Made by a program: the position numbers and the translations under genes. The notes beneath the pieces are model-generated. The model searched no databases. It saw nothing but the letters and a program-made list of their open reading frames with translations, and was not told the origin of the DNA. A stretch of DNA of 64,000 bases from Pocillopora damicornis (Eukaryota), in assembly GCF_003704095.1 (NCBI RefSeq), contig NW_020844363.1, positions 1-64,000 of the forward strand, written 5' to 3'. Every line of letters starts with the position of its first letter. Position 1 is the first letter of the stretch. This document shows positions 1 through 12,400 of the stretch, piece by piece.

Positions 1-259
1 CATTTTTCAAATAACACGGGTGCAAAGTTGTAACACAAGTGCAATTTACAAATAGCACGTGCACTGTCAAAATTTCGTCTGTTTTGACTTTCCGTGATAC
101 TTTTTTTCAAGTAATTTATTAATAAGAAATAGAATCATTTCGCGTGCAATTTGATGTAAATAGGCACAATTGTGTTGTCTATAAAAAATTTAATCGTACT
201 AATCAACAACAATTGAAATTACACTCGAAATCGTGTTATTATTGATACTAATACATCTT

Positions 260-770
260 AGCTTATCCTGCAAGTCATTACATGAGCTGAAAATTAATTA
301 AATCTCAACCTTCTCGGATGACGCAGAATTTGTTCCACTGTAATTCTCCTCAAAAAAAAAGTGACCGAAATAGAACAGGTTTACCGGTAAATTCCTGTTT
401 CTTATTTCGAGTGTCAAACTTGTGGAATAAAAATCTCTTGGAGGGAAAGCAGGGAATAGGGGTGGGGTTTTAATAAATTTAAGCTCATCCTGCAAGTCAT
501 TACATAATATGAAGATTAATAAAATTAGAAGGCGAGCTGCACACCTTCTCGGAGGACGCAGAATCTTTTTTACCGTAATTATCCTGGAGAAAAAAGAATC
601 CAAAAAAAAACAAAGTTAAATTCCTGTTTCTTATTACGAGTGCCTGCTGTGTACAATGGAAATCTCTAGGAGAGAAGGCAGCCATTAGGGTTAGGCTTTT
701 TGTTCTGAATGTGAAAAATCTTATCTCATCCTACAAGTCATTACATAATCTGAAAATTAATAAAATGAGA
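260..770. repeat. Diverged tandem repeat (~220-240 bp period) in FDPS introns; two units each contain a copy of the 39-nt exon
   Basis: The motif ct(t/c)atcct(g/a)caagtcattacat recurs at ~262, ~485 and ~725, and aaattcctgtttcttatt recurs at ~389 and ~618. Exon copies lie at 545-583 and 310-348. Confidence 0.85.
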
Positions 771-3700
771 ATACTAGCAAAGTAGCTGGTCGATATAAGT
801 ATTTAAAAGTAGGGTATATCACAGGTCCAAAAAATGAATGAATCGTAGGTTGGAAGCGGAAACCACATGAAGCGCACACATAGATTTCGTCGAACACCAG
901 CTCAAGTTTAAACACTGCTTTAAACACGTTTAGCCGTAAAGTAAATGCAAGGTAAGTGATTGGAGTATCCACAGACAGTGATTAGATCAGTGGAAGGCAA
1001 AAACAGGGGAAAGGGAGGGTGGGCTGCTGAACAACAGCAGCTACTTAACTGCTCGTGAACTCAAAAACGTATTTTGGAAAAAAAATACATACATATATAT
1101 TTGATTACATTAATAGCTCTTGCACCTTTAAAATTTGCATCTGGTCTGTAGATATCCTTTGAAGAGCTTGAATAATCAGCCAAGAGCACTTTTCTTCTTC
1201 AATATCTGTGCCTACTTTTCCTGTAACCGCTGGGTCCCCATAGCAGTCCAAGTAGTCATCCTGTGAACATCAAAGTTGATGTACATGTAAGATAGCAAAA
1301 GTCCAAACTCTTCGTTTTTTAAGTATTTCTGCTCCTAAATTTACTTTCATCAATAAATCATTTTCGTCCATCAAGTGAAGATCTTGAAGCATTTAAGAGA
1401 GATCCTCCATCACATTTCCTTGTTCATTTTGTTGTTGTAGTTACCTTGTAGTTACTCCAGGGCGGAGAGATGCTAGATAAGAGTCAAATTCTTGTTCAAG
1501 AACACAAAAAAGGATGGCACCCTGGGCTTTGGAACCAGGATCTTCTAAAGCAGAATTCATTGTTCTAATCACTGGAACAGTTTATCTCCACTTGTGGGAG
1601 GGGGAGGGGGGGGGGGGGGGGGGCTTGAATGACTGTTCCCTTTCATATAGAATTGATGCAAAATGCCTCACCTGAATTTGAAAAAATTCCCCCATCACTA
1701 GTAAAATTTCTTTGGCATTTTCATGTGATGTTATGTCCTTTATACCTGCCTACAAATACAGAAAGTTAACCACTTAGAAAAAATAGTCCTTTCCAATCAC
1801 AGATGTTAATATCAAAGCTAACATTTATGGTTTAAAGTGGAGGCCATGTTTGAATGAGTTGATATCAGAAATTTCACGACAATAAAGCTATTTTTTGGAT
1901 CCTCACCATATACATTGCCAGTGCAACTGGCAAATAAAATGAATAGTATGCTGTCTTGTATTTCACAATAGCTTTGTATCTGAAAAAAGGATGAAGTGCT
2001 TAGTAACCTAGCCTGGAGGGGTGGCATGGGCCCCTCCTATCTTTCCATTGTTTATTTTCCTACCAATTCATTCAGTCACAATCTGTGTGCAGAGACACAA
2101 CAACAAAGCCACAGATTCTTGATTTCAAAACATTAAACTTCACTTATAAAGGAAGTGATAAACACCTAATTAGTATGTGAAACAAAACTGGCAACAGATG
2201 ACAAAACTTAAGGCAAAAAAAATACAAATTAAGTAAACAAATGGAACTTGAAGGAGACACATGGCAAAAAGATGGCCTGATTTTGTATAATTTTAGCACA
2301 AACTAAAAGCATACAAAATAATTGACTAAATCACAAATGAACCCATTGACATCAACTGTAACAATGTGAACACTGAGTAAAAGATTGTGCACTGTTAGGG
2401 AGCTTCCATTATAAACTGCAACTCTGATGTTTACATCATTGCTTTCACCATATCTTCTTACCTGTACCCAGCACTAATTAATTATGTTCAAGCAACCGTC
2501 CTAATAAAAATTATATTCTGTTCTTTGTCTGCTTTTCCTTTGGCTGCATTTTAGCAAATGGCAAACATAACGACCTGTCATTTGATGTCTTCAAAATCTT
2601 TGTGTTAAGATAGGATCTTTTATATTCTCTGTAAGTTTTCAGTTTTAGCATTGTTTGCAATTTTGGCATTATTTCAGTCATAAAGTGGCTACAATACCTT
2701 TCCATGGTAAAATTCTCAAAATTTGTGCCAGGCTTGGTGATAAGGTCTAATGTTTGTCCAGTTGCAGTTTGATAAGTAACCTTAGAAGCAGATCCACAAA
2801 AAAATGTCAGCCATTGATTCAATTACCCATGATAAAAATGTCTGCCAGTGAGAAAAACAAGCTTCTTCAAACTGAATTACTGGGAAAGCACACCCACAAA
2901 GTTACTCTCTTCAAAAGTTTAATATTAGTATTTTAAGGAAATGACATTCTGTTTTGCAACAAACATTACTTCAACTGCACTTTAACTGGAATTTATTTAT
3001 TAAGGTACTTACTGACTTTTCAGGTTTTATCCATAATATGTACAGTCTTTAAACACATTTCTAGTTTGTGTTTAACATTTTTAAACCTGTATTGAGTGAT
3101 CTCAGTACTAACCTCATGAAATAAATTTAAAACATCAACATAATATGGCTCTTGGAATACATGTTTCTTTAGCAGTTTGTATATTGTGGCTTCTATGAGG
3201 AGAAAGTCATTGATAGCAATATTCCCAATTCCAGTCTACACAGAGGAAAAAGAAAAACAATAATTATCTCGCACAGTAACCAAAAAAGAGAAAAAAAGAA
3301 AAAGGAACTCCTTAACAGTCAAGTCTAGGATCAGGTAACAGATAAGGACATTATTGCAACCTTGAAATAAAGTCAATTGAAGTTGGTGAAAATCGCTTTC
3401 ATATTCACATCTTTGTCTATTGTTCACACAATATTCACAGTTATTTACTCATCACTTAACGGGTTTATTTGGAACCAACATAGTGACCAGCTCCCAGTTG
3501 GCTTGTTAGCTCTGTTGGTAGAGCACTGCTTTGGTATCACAGATGCAGGCTTGAATTTTTTTTCGCATCTTATTTTCACTGCTTCTCAAGTAGCGTTCCT
3601 TAATGCAAAGAGCACTTTCATATTTGTGAAGTTGGCCTTTGGGCAAGAAGGACAATATCTCCAGCAGACCTCACCCCTCTCTACAGTTAGAAGCAAATAG

Positions 3701-6593
3701 TTGCTACCCAGTTATTATTTTCTCAGGTCTTCTTGACAGTTCACTGGGGTGGAAGGACAAATTAGAAAGCCTGGTTTTCACTAGCAACACAAGCACAAAT
3801 GCAAGCATAAAGTTAACACAAGCACAACAGTTCATATTTCACTGTGAAATGGCCTTGATGTAAACATAAACACAAGCCCAAGAACAAGAACAAGAACAAA
3901 GATCAGAAATTTTTGCTTTTATTGTACTAGTTGTAATGTATTAGTCCAAAGTCCAAAAAAGAGTAAGGAAAAAGATCAAGATGGCTGTTTTTCTAATCTC
4001 AAACTTCAACAAATTAGGAAAACTGGTCATGTGACCTTGGGTATAAGAAAACCCACACAGAAAGATCTAGCTCTAGACTTAAGTAATTTTTTTTTCCTTT
4101 GACATATCTCATGTTAGGTCAAGCATTGGTTTGCTTGCTACTGAATAACCATGAAAACCGGTACTACCTGTGTCACAGGACAGGAAGTCAGGGATTCAAC
4201 CGGCAAACCTGCCCCTTAGAGGGCGTGGAGGGTGAAACTGGGCATCCTGACAGAGCTAAAAACAATATCTGTCTTAATGTTTGAGGTGGACCACTCCCAG
4301 TTACACAGGGTGAGTCTGGACATTCTGGTAGATGATCAACACATCTGTCGAAAGGTCCATGATGTACTTTTGCCAGTCAGTGCATTATGACATGCAATAC
4401 ACAAAGAGCAGAGATAAACAAACCAATCATCTGGTCAGTCACTGCAACAGATACTGGAGTCAGTCTGTCCTTGCCACTGATAATATCTGTCAAGAATGTG
4501 CCCCTAGTCCAGCAAAAGCCAGGGGTAATTAAACACTTTGCAAGCAGTTTCATGAAATGGTTGCCCAGGTTAACAAGGTCCACACAGTCACTGTTGCCCC
4601 TAATGGACTGCTATGATGATGATAATTTTCCTAATGTGTGAATTTGTGCTTGCCCTTTTGCTTGTCTTGCTAGCAAAACCAGGCTTAAGAGTTGGGTGTT
4701 TTGTACCCACACACAATGTGATTGACTCTGACCAGAGTTTACATCCAGACCTCTCAATTTGAGGTCTTTAGTCCACTAACCACAAAGCAACAAAGGTTTC
4801 CCCTTATCTCAATAGGCAGACCAGAAGGACTTGTTTCTCTTGAAACAAGTTTCCTTTATATTTGATCTAAGATCACCTTTCTATACCAGCAAAGCTTGCC
4901 TCGTCTTGTCAATGATTCATCCATGATATCATCGGCAACCAGGAAGAAGGCTTGTAACTATAAAACAATCAGCAAACAGAGCCTAGTGAGTTTATTGTCG
5001 TATCAGGTTTACCAGTGTTTGTGTCAAGTCACTAAAACTTGTCAGTCAGCTTTTTTTTTATAAATAGCCAAATACTACTAGGATATATAATTCAGCTTCA
5101 CATTATACCAATTTGACCAAACATGCATGTGGAACCCTGAAATCTATGGAAACAGAAAAAACATCGGGGCAAAAGACCCTTAATTCAAAACAAGTGAATT
5201 TTTCAAACTCACCCACTCTACACACCAACCAAGTATAATTGCATTCTTTTCATCTGTCTCTGTTAGCTTATCAGGACTAATAAGGTGCCGTAATGATCCA
5301 ATCACAGAAAGGCCACGATTCTTTTTTCCTACATAAGGGATTTGAGAAAATCGCAATGTTGCTTCACGTCAATAAAAGGAAATCCTCAATAACTCTTATC
5401 ATTTTTCTCCTTCTTTAAAAGAAAAGAAACAACAAAAAAAAAAAAAAAGACAGAAACAATTTAAAAGGACAACTTATATACAAAAAAATGCTCATAGTAT
5501 TTGAGGAGTAAATGCAATGTAACAGCTTAGCCTTACTCATGCAGTAGACATGCCTTAGAATTTGCATGTTGATTGAACTTTTTCATGATTTTGCTATGAA
5601 ATTGCAAGTTGACCAAAATATGTTACAATTTTTACAAAAAAGGAAAATGTTCTGCTGTAACAAGGTGAAACATTTGGGGGCAAACAAACAAAGGTGGCCA
5701 GGAAAAACTGCTCAAAATGAGGGAAGAACTTGTTTTACTTCAGGGGGAGAACTTGCAAGGGTGGTAGGGAGGGGGAGTTTGTAATGGGGAGTCTTCCAAC
5801 AGAAATCGTTGAGGACAGTCATGTCTGTAATAATCTTTGCCTAACTCAATCCTGTGATAGTTTTAGTTGCTTGGCTCAAGGGAAATTCTCAATTATTTTA
5901 AGGTTTTTCAACATTATTTTCTATCCCCTTGAAAAACAGTCTCTGGAAACTAAACAGTCAATGCTTACAATACCAGATGGGTGAGAAGAAAAAAGCTTAT
6001 ACCCTTACAACCAGATATGAAAACCCTAGGTTTCTCAAGACATTTCCTGTTGATCCTGATCAGGTGCAAAGTTTAGGGTACATAAAATGACAAATGAATG
6101 AATTGTAAATTACCTCCAGGAACATTATATTCCAATACCTGGCAGAAATAAGAACACACACCGATCAATAATTACAGAAAAATCGAATTAAAATCTCCAA
6201 AAAAGGAATCCACTTGTTATCTGATGTGATTGGGGCTGGACCATGAAGGTTTCATCTTCACAACATGGTCTAAGGCCGGACTAACAAGGTTGATGGCCTT
6301 TCTTGGCTTTTCTATAGAATTTATAACAGTATGTTTTAGGGTTATGTTAATTTTCAGGGCGGGTTGATTGCTATTTAGCACCAAATAGTGACTTTTTGAA
6401 ACACAGAGATCGCTGACGAAGTTTATAGAGGACTTAGTGCTACTTTCAATTTCAATATTACCTCACGCATATGTCGAGCTGCTTCTCCGGTTTCCGGATC
6501 ATTCTCGCTCTCCTTCACAATATCATCGACCAGTCCAGGAAAAAACGAATCAAAGAGCTCACGGTCATTTGACAGCTTGAATTTCTTCGCCAT
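545..6593 (-). CDS. FDPS: Farnesyl diphosphate synthase; multi-exon, 3' end continues beyond position 1
   Basis: GT-AG exons in transcript order: 6462-6593, 6114-6138, 5213-5328, 4877-4957, 3113-3235, 2698-2780, 1907-1979, 1672-1749, 1126-1260, 545-583. They splice in frame to MAKKFKLS...[15 protein letters not shown]...[32 protein letters not shown]...GQTLDL...[11 protein letters not shown]...[25 protein letters not shown]...DNYGKKD. This includes the FARM (DDIMD), the SARM (DDYLD) and Phe-Phe at -5/-4 of the FARM, typical of C15 FPP synthases. Confidence 0.97.
3481..3600 (+). mobile_element. tRNA-derived SINE-like repeat (degenerate)
   Basis: gaccagctcccagttggcttgttagctctgttggtagagcactgc contains an A-box-like TAGCTCTGTTGG; the B-box region appears deleted. 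Related SINE-like copies lie at ~30810-30900 (-), ~37665-37800 (+) and ~42500-42600 (-). Confidence 0.55.
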
Positions 6594-6881
6594 CGAAACC
6601 AATTTGAAAAGAAATTAATGAAGGAAAATACGCTCTTACACACTAGCGTTTCTTACACTTCTACCTCCATATTCCTTCTTAATAACCCAGGCTCTCGCGG
6701 TCTATTCACCCCAAATTATAGGTCCGCGATCGCGCGTAATAAAATTTAAGGATCTTACAAAGCACTCAACCTGGGTAATTAAAAGAACAACTGCAACCAC
6801 GTTGTTTACATTACAGACGCATCATGAATTTCACGCCGGCCGTGTCCTAAATTTCCATTTTATCAATCGTATCATGATCGA

Positions 6882-6899
6882 CTTGTGTGAGGTGATTGG
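6882..6899 (-). promoter_or_regulatory. Putative SREBP site overlapping a CCAAT box upstream of FDPS
   Basis: The minus strand reads CCAATCACCTCACACAAG: CCAAT, ATCACCTCAC (SRE-1-like) and CTCACACAAG (SRE-3-like). It lies ~290 bp upstream of the ATG. Confidence 0.35.
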
Positions 6900-9481
6900 C
6901 AAATGGCACTCGTTACAATCTTTAAGTAATAGATAATTGAATGGAAGGGCCGGCTAAAGATTGTTGGCTCGAGGCCGAGGTACCGACTCATCAGGCAACG
7001 CGCTTTCTCGATGGTGGAGAGAGCGCCCGAGACGAGACCGAAAAACGGATGAGAAGGAAACTAAGGTACGAGCGCTGCGACGTCCATTCAATATGACCGA
7101 GGGCCATATATTTTCACGTCCGACCCGAGCTTACTTAGTCAATAAGCAATTCATTACATGGCTGTTGCTCTTTCCTTTCTTCTGAGTGCATCTGACCTCG
7201 TGGGGCCGAATCAGATTCTTCCGGCCCTGCATCTGGCTATCGCCTACGGCCATTAACCAGGGACTTTTGTAAAAGAATTTGAATAAAAGGTGGGGGGGAT
7301 TTTATTATAATTTCCTAGCCAAAGGGAAAGAGTAAAGATAAAGTAAGGAATCCAATCAAACAGGTAAACAAAAAGTGCAAAAAACAAAACCAAAAGAAGA
7401 ATTTGGAAATACTTTATTTCTGTACAAAATAAAAAGAACAATATATTTACAAGGAAAAAAATGGTTTAAAAAATAACCCAACGCGTACACATCGTTTCTA
7501 TCATTGACAGTGCTTAATACTAACTCTAAGACATACCTCTAACAACCATATGGAGAGCTATCAGACCTAATATTATTCCTCTTATACAAGTCACGAATGG
7601 TTCGAGAGCTACTTTAAACTTTCTACATATAATTTTGATCTAATGATATTCCTATCATTTTCTACAATTTCGCTGCTTGCAATTCTACCAAAGATCTGCA
7701 TATTGTCAATTATTACAAGCACGCTTCGTTTTCGTGAAAAAGGAAAAAAATGTTTTAATTTTTCTTAAAAATACTGTTAACCTATCAATTACAAGGGCTG
7801 TCATGATATATCCTTCTCATCCGTTCATGGGGATGTCACGCCACGTTCGTCACAGAAGAATGGGCGTTGCGTGACACACCCTAGATCGGCTGCGAAGGAG
7901 ACGGAAGTTTCTAGTCAGAATGTGAATAAAACGAGTGAACTTGAATAAGTAGATATTTGGACGAATCTCTTCTCCTTCCTGAATGTACTGTACTACAAAT
8001 GCATGGAGATTATTTTGAATTTATGCGGTGATACTATATAAAACTTATCTGCAGAAATATTCTAAGGGTCACAGGAAACCCAAAGAACTAACAGTGGAAA
8101 ATCTCTCCTGAATAGACATAAAAAAGATTTTAGAGTCCAAAACTGAGTGTACCAAGAAATACAGAGCTGATCTGCAGTTTTTGGATTGCTTTCACTTACC
8201 TGAGAGATAGATCTGTCACAACCATGAAAAACTTCCTAGTTCCATTAAATCAGATAAAACTTCCAAACTCTCACACAGAGTAAGGCAAGATTGCAATTTC
8301 TTATGAAGAACAAAAATCTAAATCTGTCATACCCAATAAGGAACTATTCAACCTACGACAAGTGCTTAGTAGTATGACCCCATCTAGAGTTAATACAGGA
8401 ACAAACTTTTCTCCCAAACATTGACAGAGATTTAACATGTATCAAAGGTAAAAATATGTCCCAGTGTATGGTACAAGAGATATGCAAGTCACAAATCGTA
8501 TGTCCTGCCAATTCAACTCAGAAATGACAATCTTCAGTTGATCAGATCTTCCCAAGTCTGCATGAATGAGGAAATACTGTATATGTACCCCGACGTTACA
8601 TCTCAGCTTGAACAGGCTAAATAAACTTTTGCAAGACACCACATAAAATATTTCTACTTTGGGTCTAATATTAAGTGTTTGAACAGTTAAAAGTTCAATT
8701 TCAGACAACACTGCAATGAATTCATCAGATTATCACCTGATCAGTGGCTTCATTTTAGTATACATAGTATGTAAAATGACACCAGATTTTACGGAAGCCT
8801 CTAATTCATGTGTATTCTACGGTAAGTCATAAATTCAAAGCTATCAAAAACTTTGTCGCGCAGTATCACTGAAACAAAAACTAAACAATGTCTTGTTTTA
8901 AGTGGACAGTTTGTATACCTCTTGTTACATTATTGGCCACACATTTTTGCTTCAGAGAAAATGTTGTCTCTTTCCCCTTCAAAAAGTTCCACCTACCACA
9001 AAATTTTCACAATGAAGTAACCATAATCCATCATAATTTTTGTTAGAGTACCTTCACTGCAAGCAATTTCAGAGGTGCAGGAACTCCATCAAAAATCAAC
9101 TTTAAAAAAAGAAGTGGACATTTTCTTCCCACCTCTCTAGATTCAACTTTCACCATAGTGCTCACAAGGAAAAAAAATCCAGAACTCTACATCTTTCTGT
9201 CAAGAAGTTTGCATCAAAGACTGGTAACCACATATGGGTAGCAAAAGTGAAAACTTTTTTCCTTACATCTAGCTATATAGGTGTGTGCTTTTAAATTAAT
9301 TGTTTTGGTTTGACCTGTTTTTCTGTTTCTACAATTTTCTTTATATGGTTAGTTATTTACTCTGTTTTTCCTTAAAATATTAAATTATCTAGATTTGAAT
9401 ATCAAAGATTAATTCACTGATGATACCCTGGGGTTCACACAGGAGGAAAACAAATTAGTGACACACACCAGACTGTCCAGT

Positions 9482-12400
9482 TTAAGCCACTGTAGTTGTA
9501 TTGAAGTGTAGTGTACGTGCCGCTGGCCGGTAATTAGCAAAAAACTGATGAGCTTGTTGAGTTAGTAGCTGTTGATCAGGAGTTTTACCGCATGCTACCT
9601 GCTCCCATGCTGAGTCAAGCTGCCAAAATAAAACACCCCACAGAAAAGATTAAGGTTTGTTAAGAAAAAAGCAGGAGCTAATTACAGCTACTGAAGACAT
9701 CAATTGCAGGGGCTTTACTTCTTACAACTCTGCTCAGAAAGTCAGTAAAACGTTGGCACCAGGCTCTGGTTGTTCAGTGGATAAATCTGTATCTGGCAGA
9801 TAGTGCAGTACATTTTGTTAACACTTTTTGGATGGACAGTGATTTACCTGGTGGAGAGCATTATCTGCCCCTAACCCTAACCCTAACCCTAAGCAGAAGT
9901 CAAACCATACCTTTGGCGCTGATTTCTGTGGCGTCTCTTGAAATTGCAGTATGCGCATGGGATGCCCTTTCCTTCTGTGCCGCTGAAATACAATTGTAGT
10001 AAATTAGCCACATGAGAATATTCATCTGCTACAAGAAAACATTTACATTCTTAAGGGGGACACAGATTTTTCTCTTTTGTAATGCTATGGTGAAGAAACA
10101 AATAATGTATCTTCTAATTTCAAATATTTCATTTTAGCGGAGCTAGCAGAGCGTAGCCCCATAACTATACAAAATAGTAGTAACCCATCAAGCCGAAAAA
10201 ATTTGGTTGTACGACCGTACGACCGTACGAGGTGCTACTTTTAACATGCATGGTCCACTGTACCGCAGGCACACCAACACCATGGCTTTGTTCAGTAGTC
10301 CAGTGGTCAGTGCACTGGGCGCTGAGTTGGATGACCCAGGTTCTAGTCCTGGCTGGGGCAAGGCATTGTGCCCTTGAGAGTGCAGGAAAAAAAAAATGCG
10401 AGCTCCGCTTTTAGGCTTGGCTAAATCTATTAATTATTCTAGACCTATTTAGTTACATGATGCTTTTAAAATTGGTGATCTTTATAGTAAGAAGCATCTC
10501 AACAATAAACCTACTAATAGCCAAGCTCATCACCAAGCTCCCTGAGGTAAAGGATCTGGGCCAGGTTGTTTAGGCTGAGTTAAGTTAACCTCTGGTGAGT
10601 GTGAAATTAGATTTCAGTTCTGAACAACTCGTTTGGTCTACAATTTGATGATTGGATAAAAAATTATCCCAAGACCACTTTTGAACAATGGAATAACAAA
10701 ACCTGGATTAAAATTTAAGCTTGGGTTAGTGATAATCAGCCTTTGAACAACTGGGCCCATAGCAAGAATTCAAGGGACTGTGATTACTTCCTGAAGGGAA
10801 ACTGTGAAATCATAATCTGCCAAGATTAATAAAGGATTAATGAGGGATTGTAATTGCTTTTAGTGATTATTTTGTTGTTTCCCCATTCCATTTTGAACAC
10901 AAAAATTGGTGCTAAAATTTGCTACTTTGACCTTACTTTTCTCAAGAATAATCAAAATTTATTCTGCAAACTAAATTTAGGCATAACAGCAACAAAGTTA
11001 CAGTTATGAAGTCTTAAAATGTATGGCATTGGAAGTGTTACTTAGTGACAAGCTGAGGTCTAAAGCAAACACTTGAGAGCCAAAAGTCACCTGAAAATCC
11101 ACAGCACTAGGGCATAAGAAATGTTCAACCTGTGTGGTTTGAGCCAGGTTTTTTCCACTTACTCCAGTTTCAGACGTCACAGAACTAGGTGTGGCGAAGG
11201 GGTTATGCTGGCCAAAGATCTCAGAAGGTTTGATAAATGATGAATCCTTGGAAGGTGAGGGTAAAACTGATGTCTGAACAACACCAGAATCCTCCTGAAG
11301 ACAACATAAACAAAGCATTTCTCAACACTTGTGGCACATGTCAATTTTCCCTGAAGTGCAGAGGCAAGTAAAAACCACCAGTAGAAAAATTATACTAAAA
11401 TAAAGAGGTTAACTTGTCTGGAGAGGAGTCATAGGTATGTCTTACCCTTTAGATACAAGTGAAATATAACAAAAAGAGGTATTTCATATCACATACCACA
11501 ACACACTCAACAATTGAAGAATTTTGTTCTTGTTCCATCACACTTGGTTGTTCTTCTGATCCATTGGCAGTAGATGCTGATGTTGTTTTGCTCATCTTGG
11601 CATACTTTTCCTCAAGGGAGGTCCGTACTCTAGAGGATGTTTTTCCCCCACTACAGGATAAGTGAACACCACTTTCTTCTTCCTCCCGTTTCATGATTTC
11701 ATTGAAATCTGCTTCAAAATTGTCTGGTGTCTGAAAAAAAAAAAAATTTACAACTGGTAAATTTCAAAACATGATACAGCTGTAAAAGCTGGATTTATGT
11801 CTGTCACTCCAGAGCAACATTTTTCCATAATACAGAATGCAAGTTTATTAAAGCCCCTTGAGTCTACCCCTAAGATACCTGTATCTAGTGGGGTAAAAAT
11901 TTACACCAACTAAAAGGTGTTCATTAAAAAGTCCCTTCATCTCAGCATCAACCAAGTCATATACATGTAGGAGAAATAGTGGCTACAATCCACGTCACAA
12001 TTGTATGAAAATTTCCCCCTTCCCTGGCCCCTGAAAAAAATAACATCTTGAGGAGAGCAGGGTCTTTTAACAAACTTGACATGGGTTGTCACCCATGGTT
12101 ATTACTCAGAAGGCTGTTGTCACTGTCATTTATTGTTCATTCCAAAATATTTAGAGAATATTGAAGAAAAGTGATTGAATAGAGTGCTCTAATAATAATC
12201 AACCACTTGACCTGTGCCATGAAAGCTGTAAGGGCACTAAGTTACATAACCTGTTACATAACCTCATAAGTTACATAACCTGTTATCTTCAAATATCCAA
12301 CTCACATGTGCCATTTTCGTGTCATTGAACACTTTCAGGGCATTTTTAAATGGTGTTGGAGTGCGTGGAGATACACATAATAAAGTTCTTCTGATGCGTG

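Noticed and set aside
260-770. CRISPR-like repeat/spacer array (also 36163-36410)
   Set aside because: Eukaryotic intronic or intergenic context, diverged repeats, homologous 'spacers' and no cas genes.
1596-1623. Long G-run as a functional G-quadruplex
   Set aside because: Low-complexity G/C tracts recur in several introns and homopolymer length is unreliable; there is no supporting evidence.
4160-4625. Possible RTE-like LINE 3' remnant in an FDPS intron (several short ORFs, ends in gatgatgat)
   Set aside because: Protein similarity is too weak to support by eye.
9869-9892. (CCCTAA)4 telomere-like repeat; also (GGGTTA)3 at ~35504
   Set aside because: Too short and embedded in interspersed repeats; no evidence of a chromosome fusion or end.
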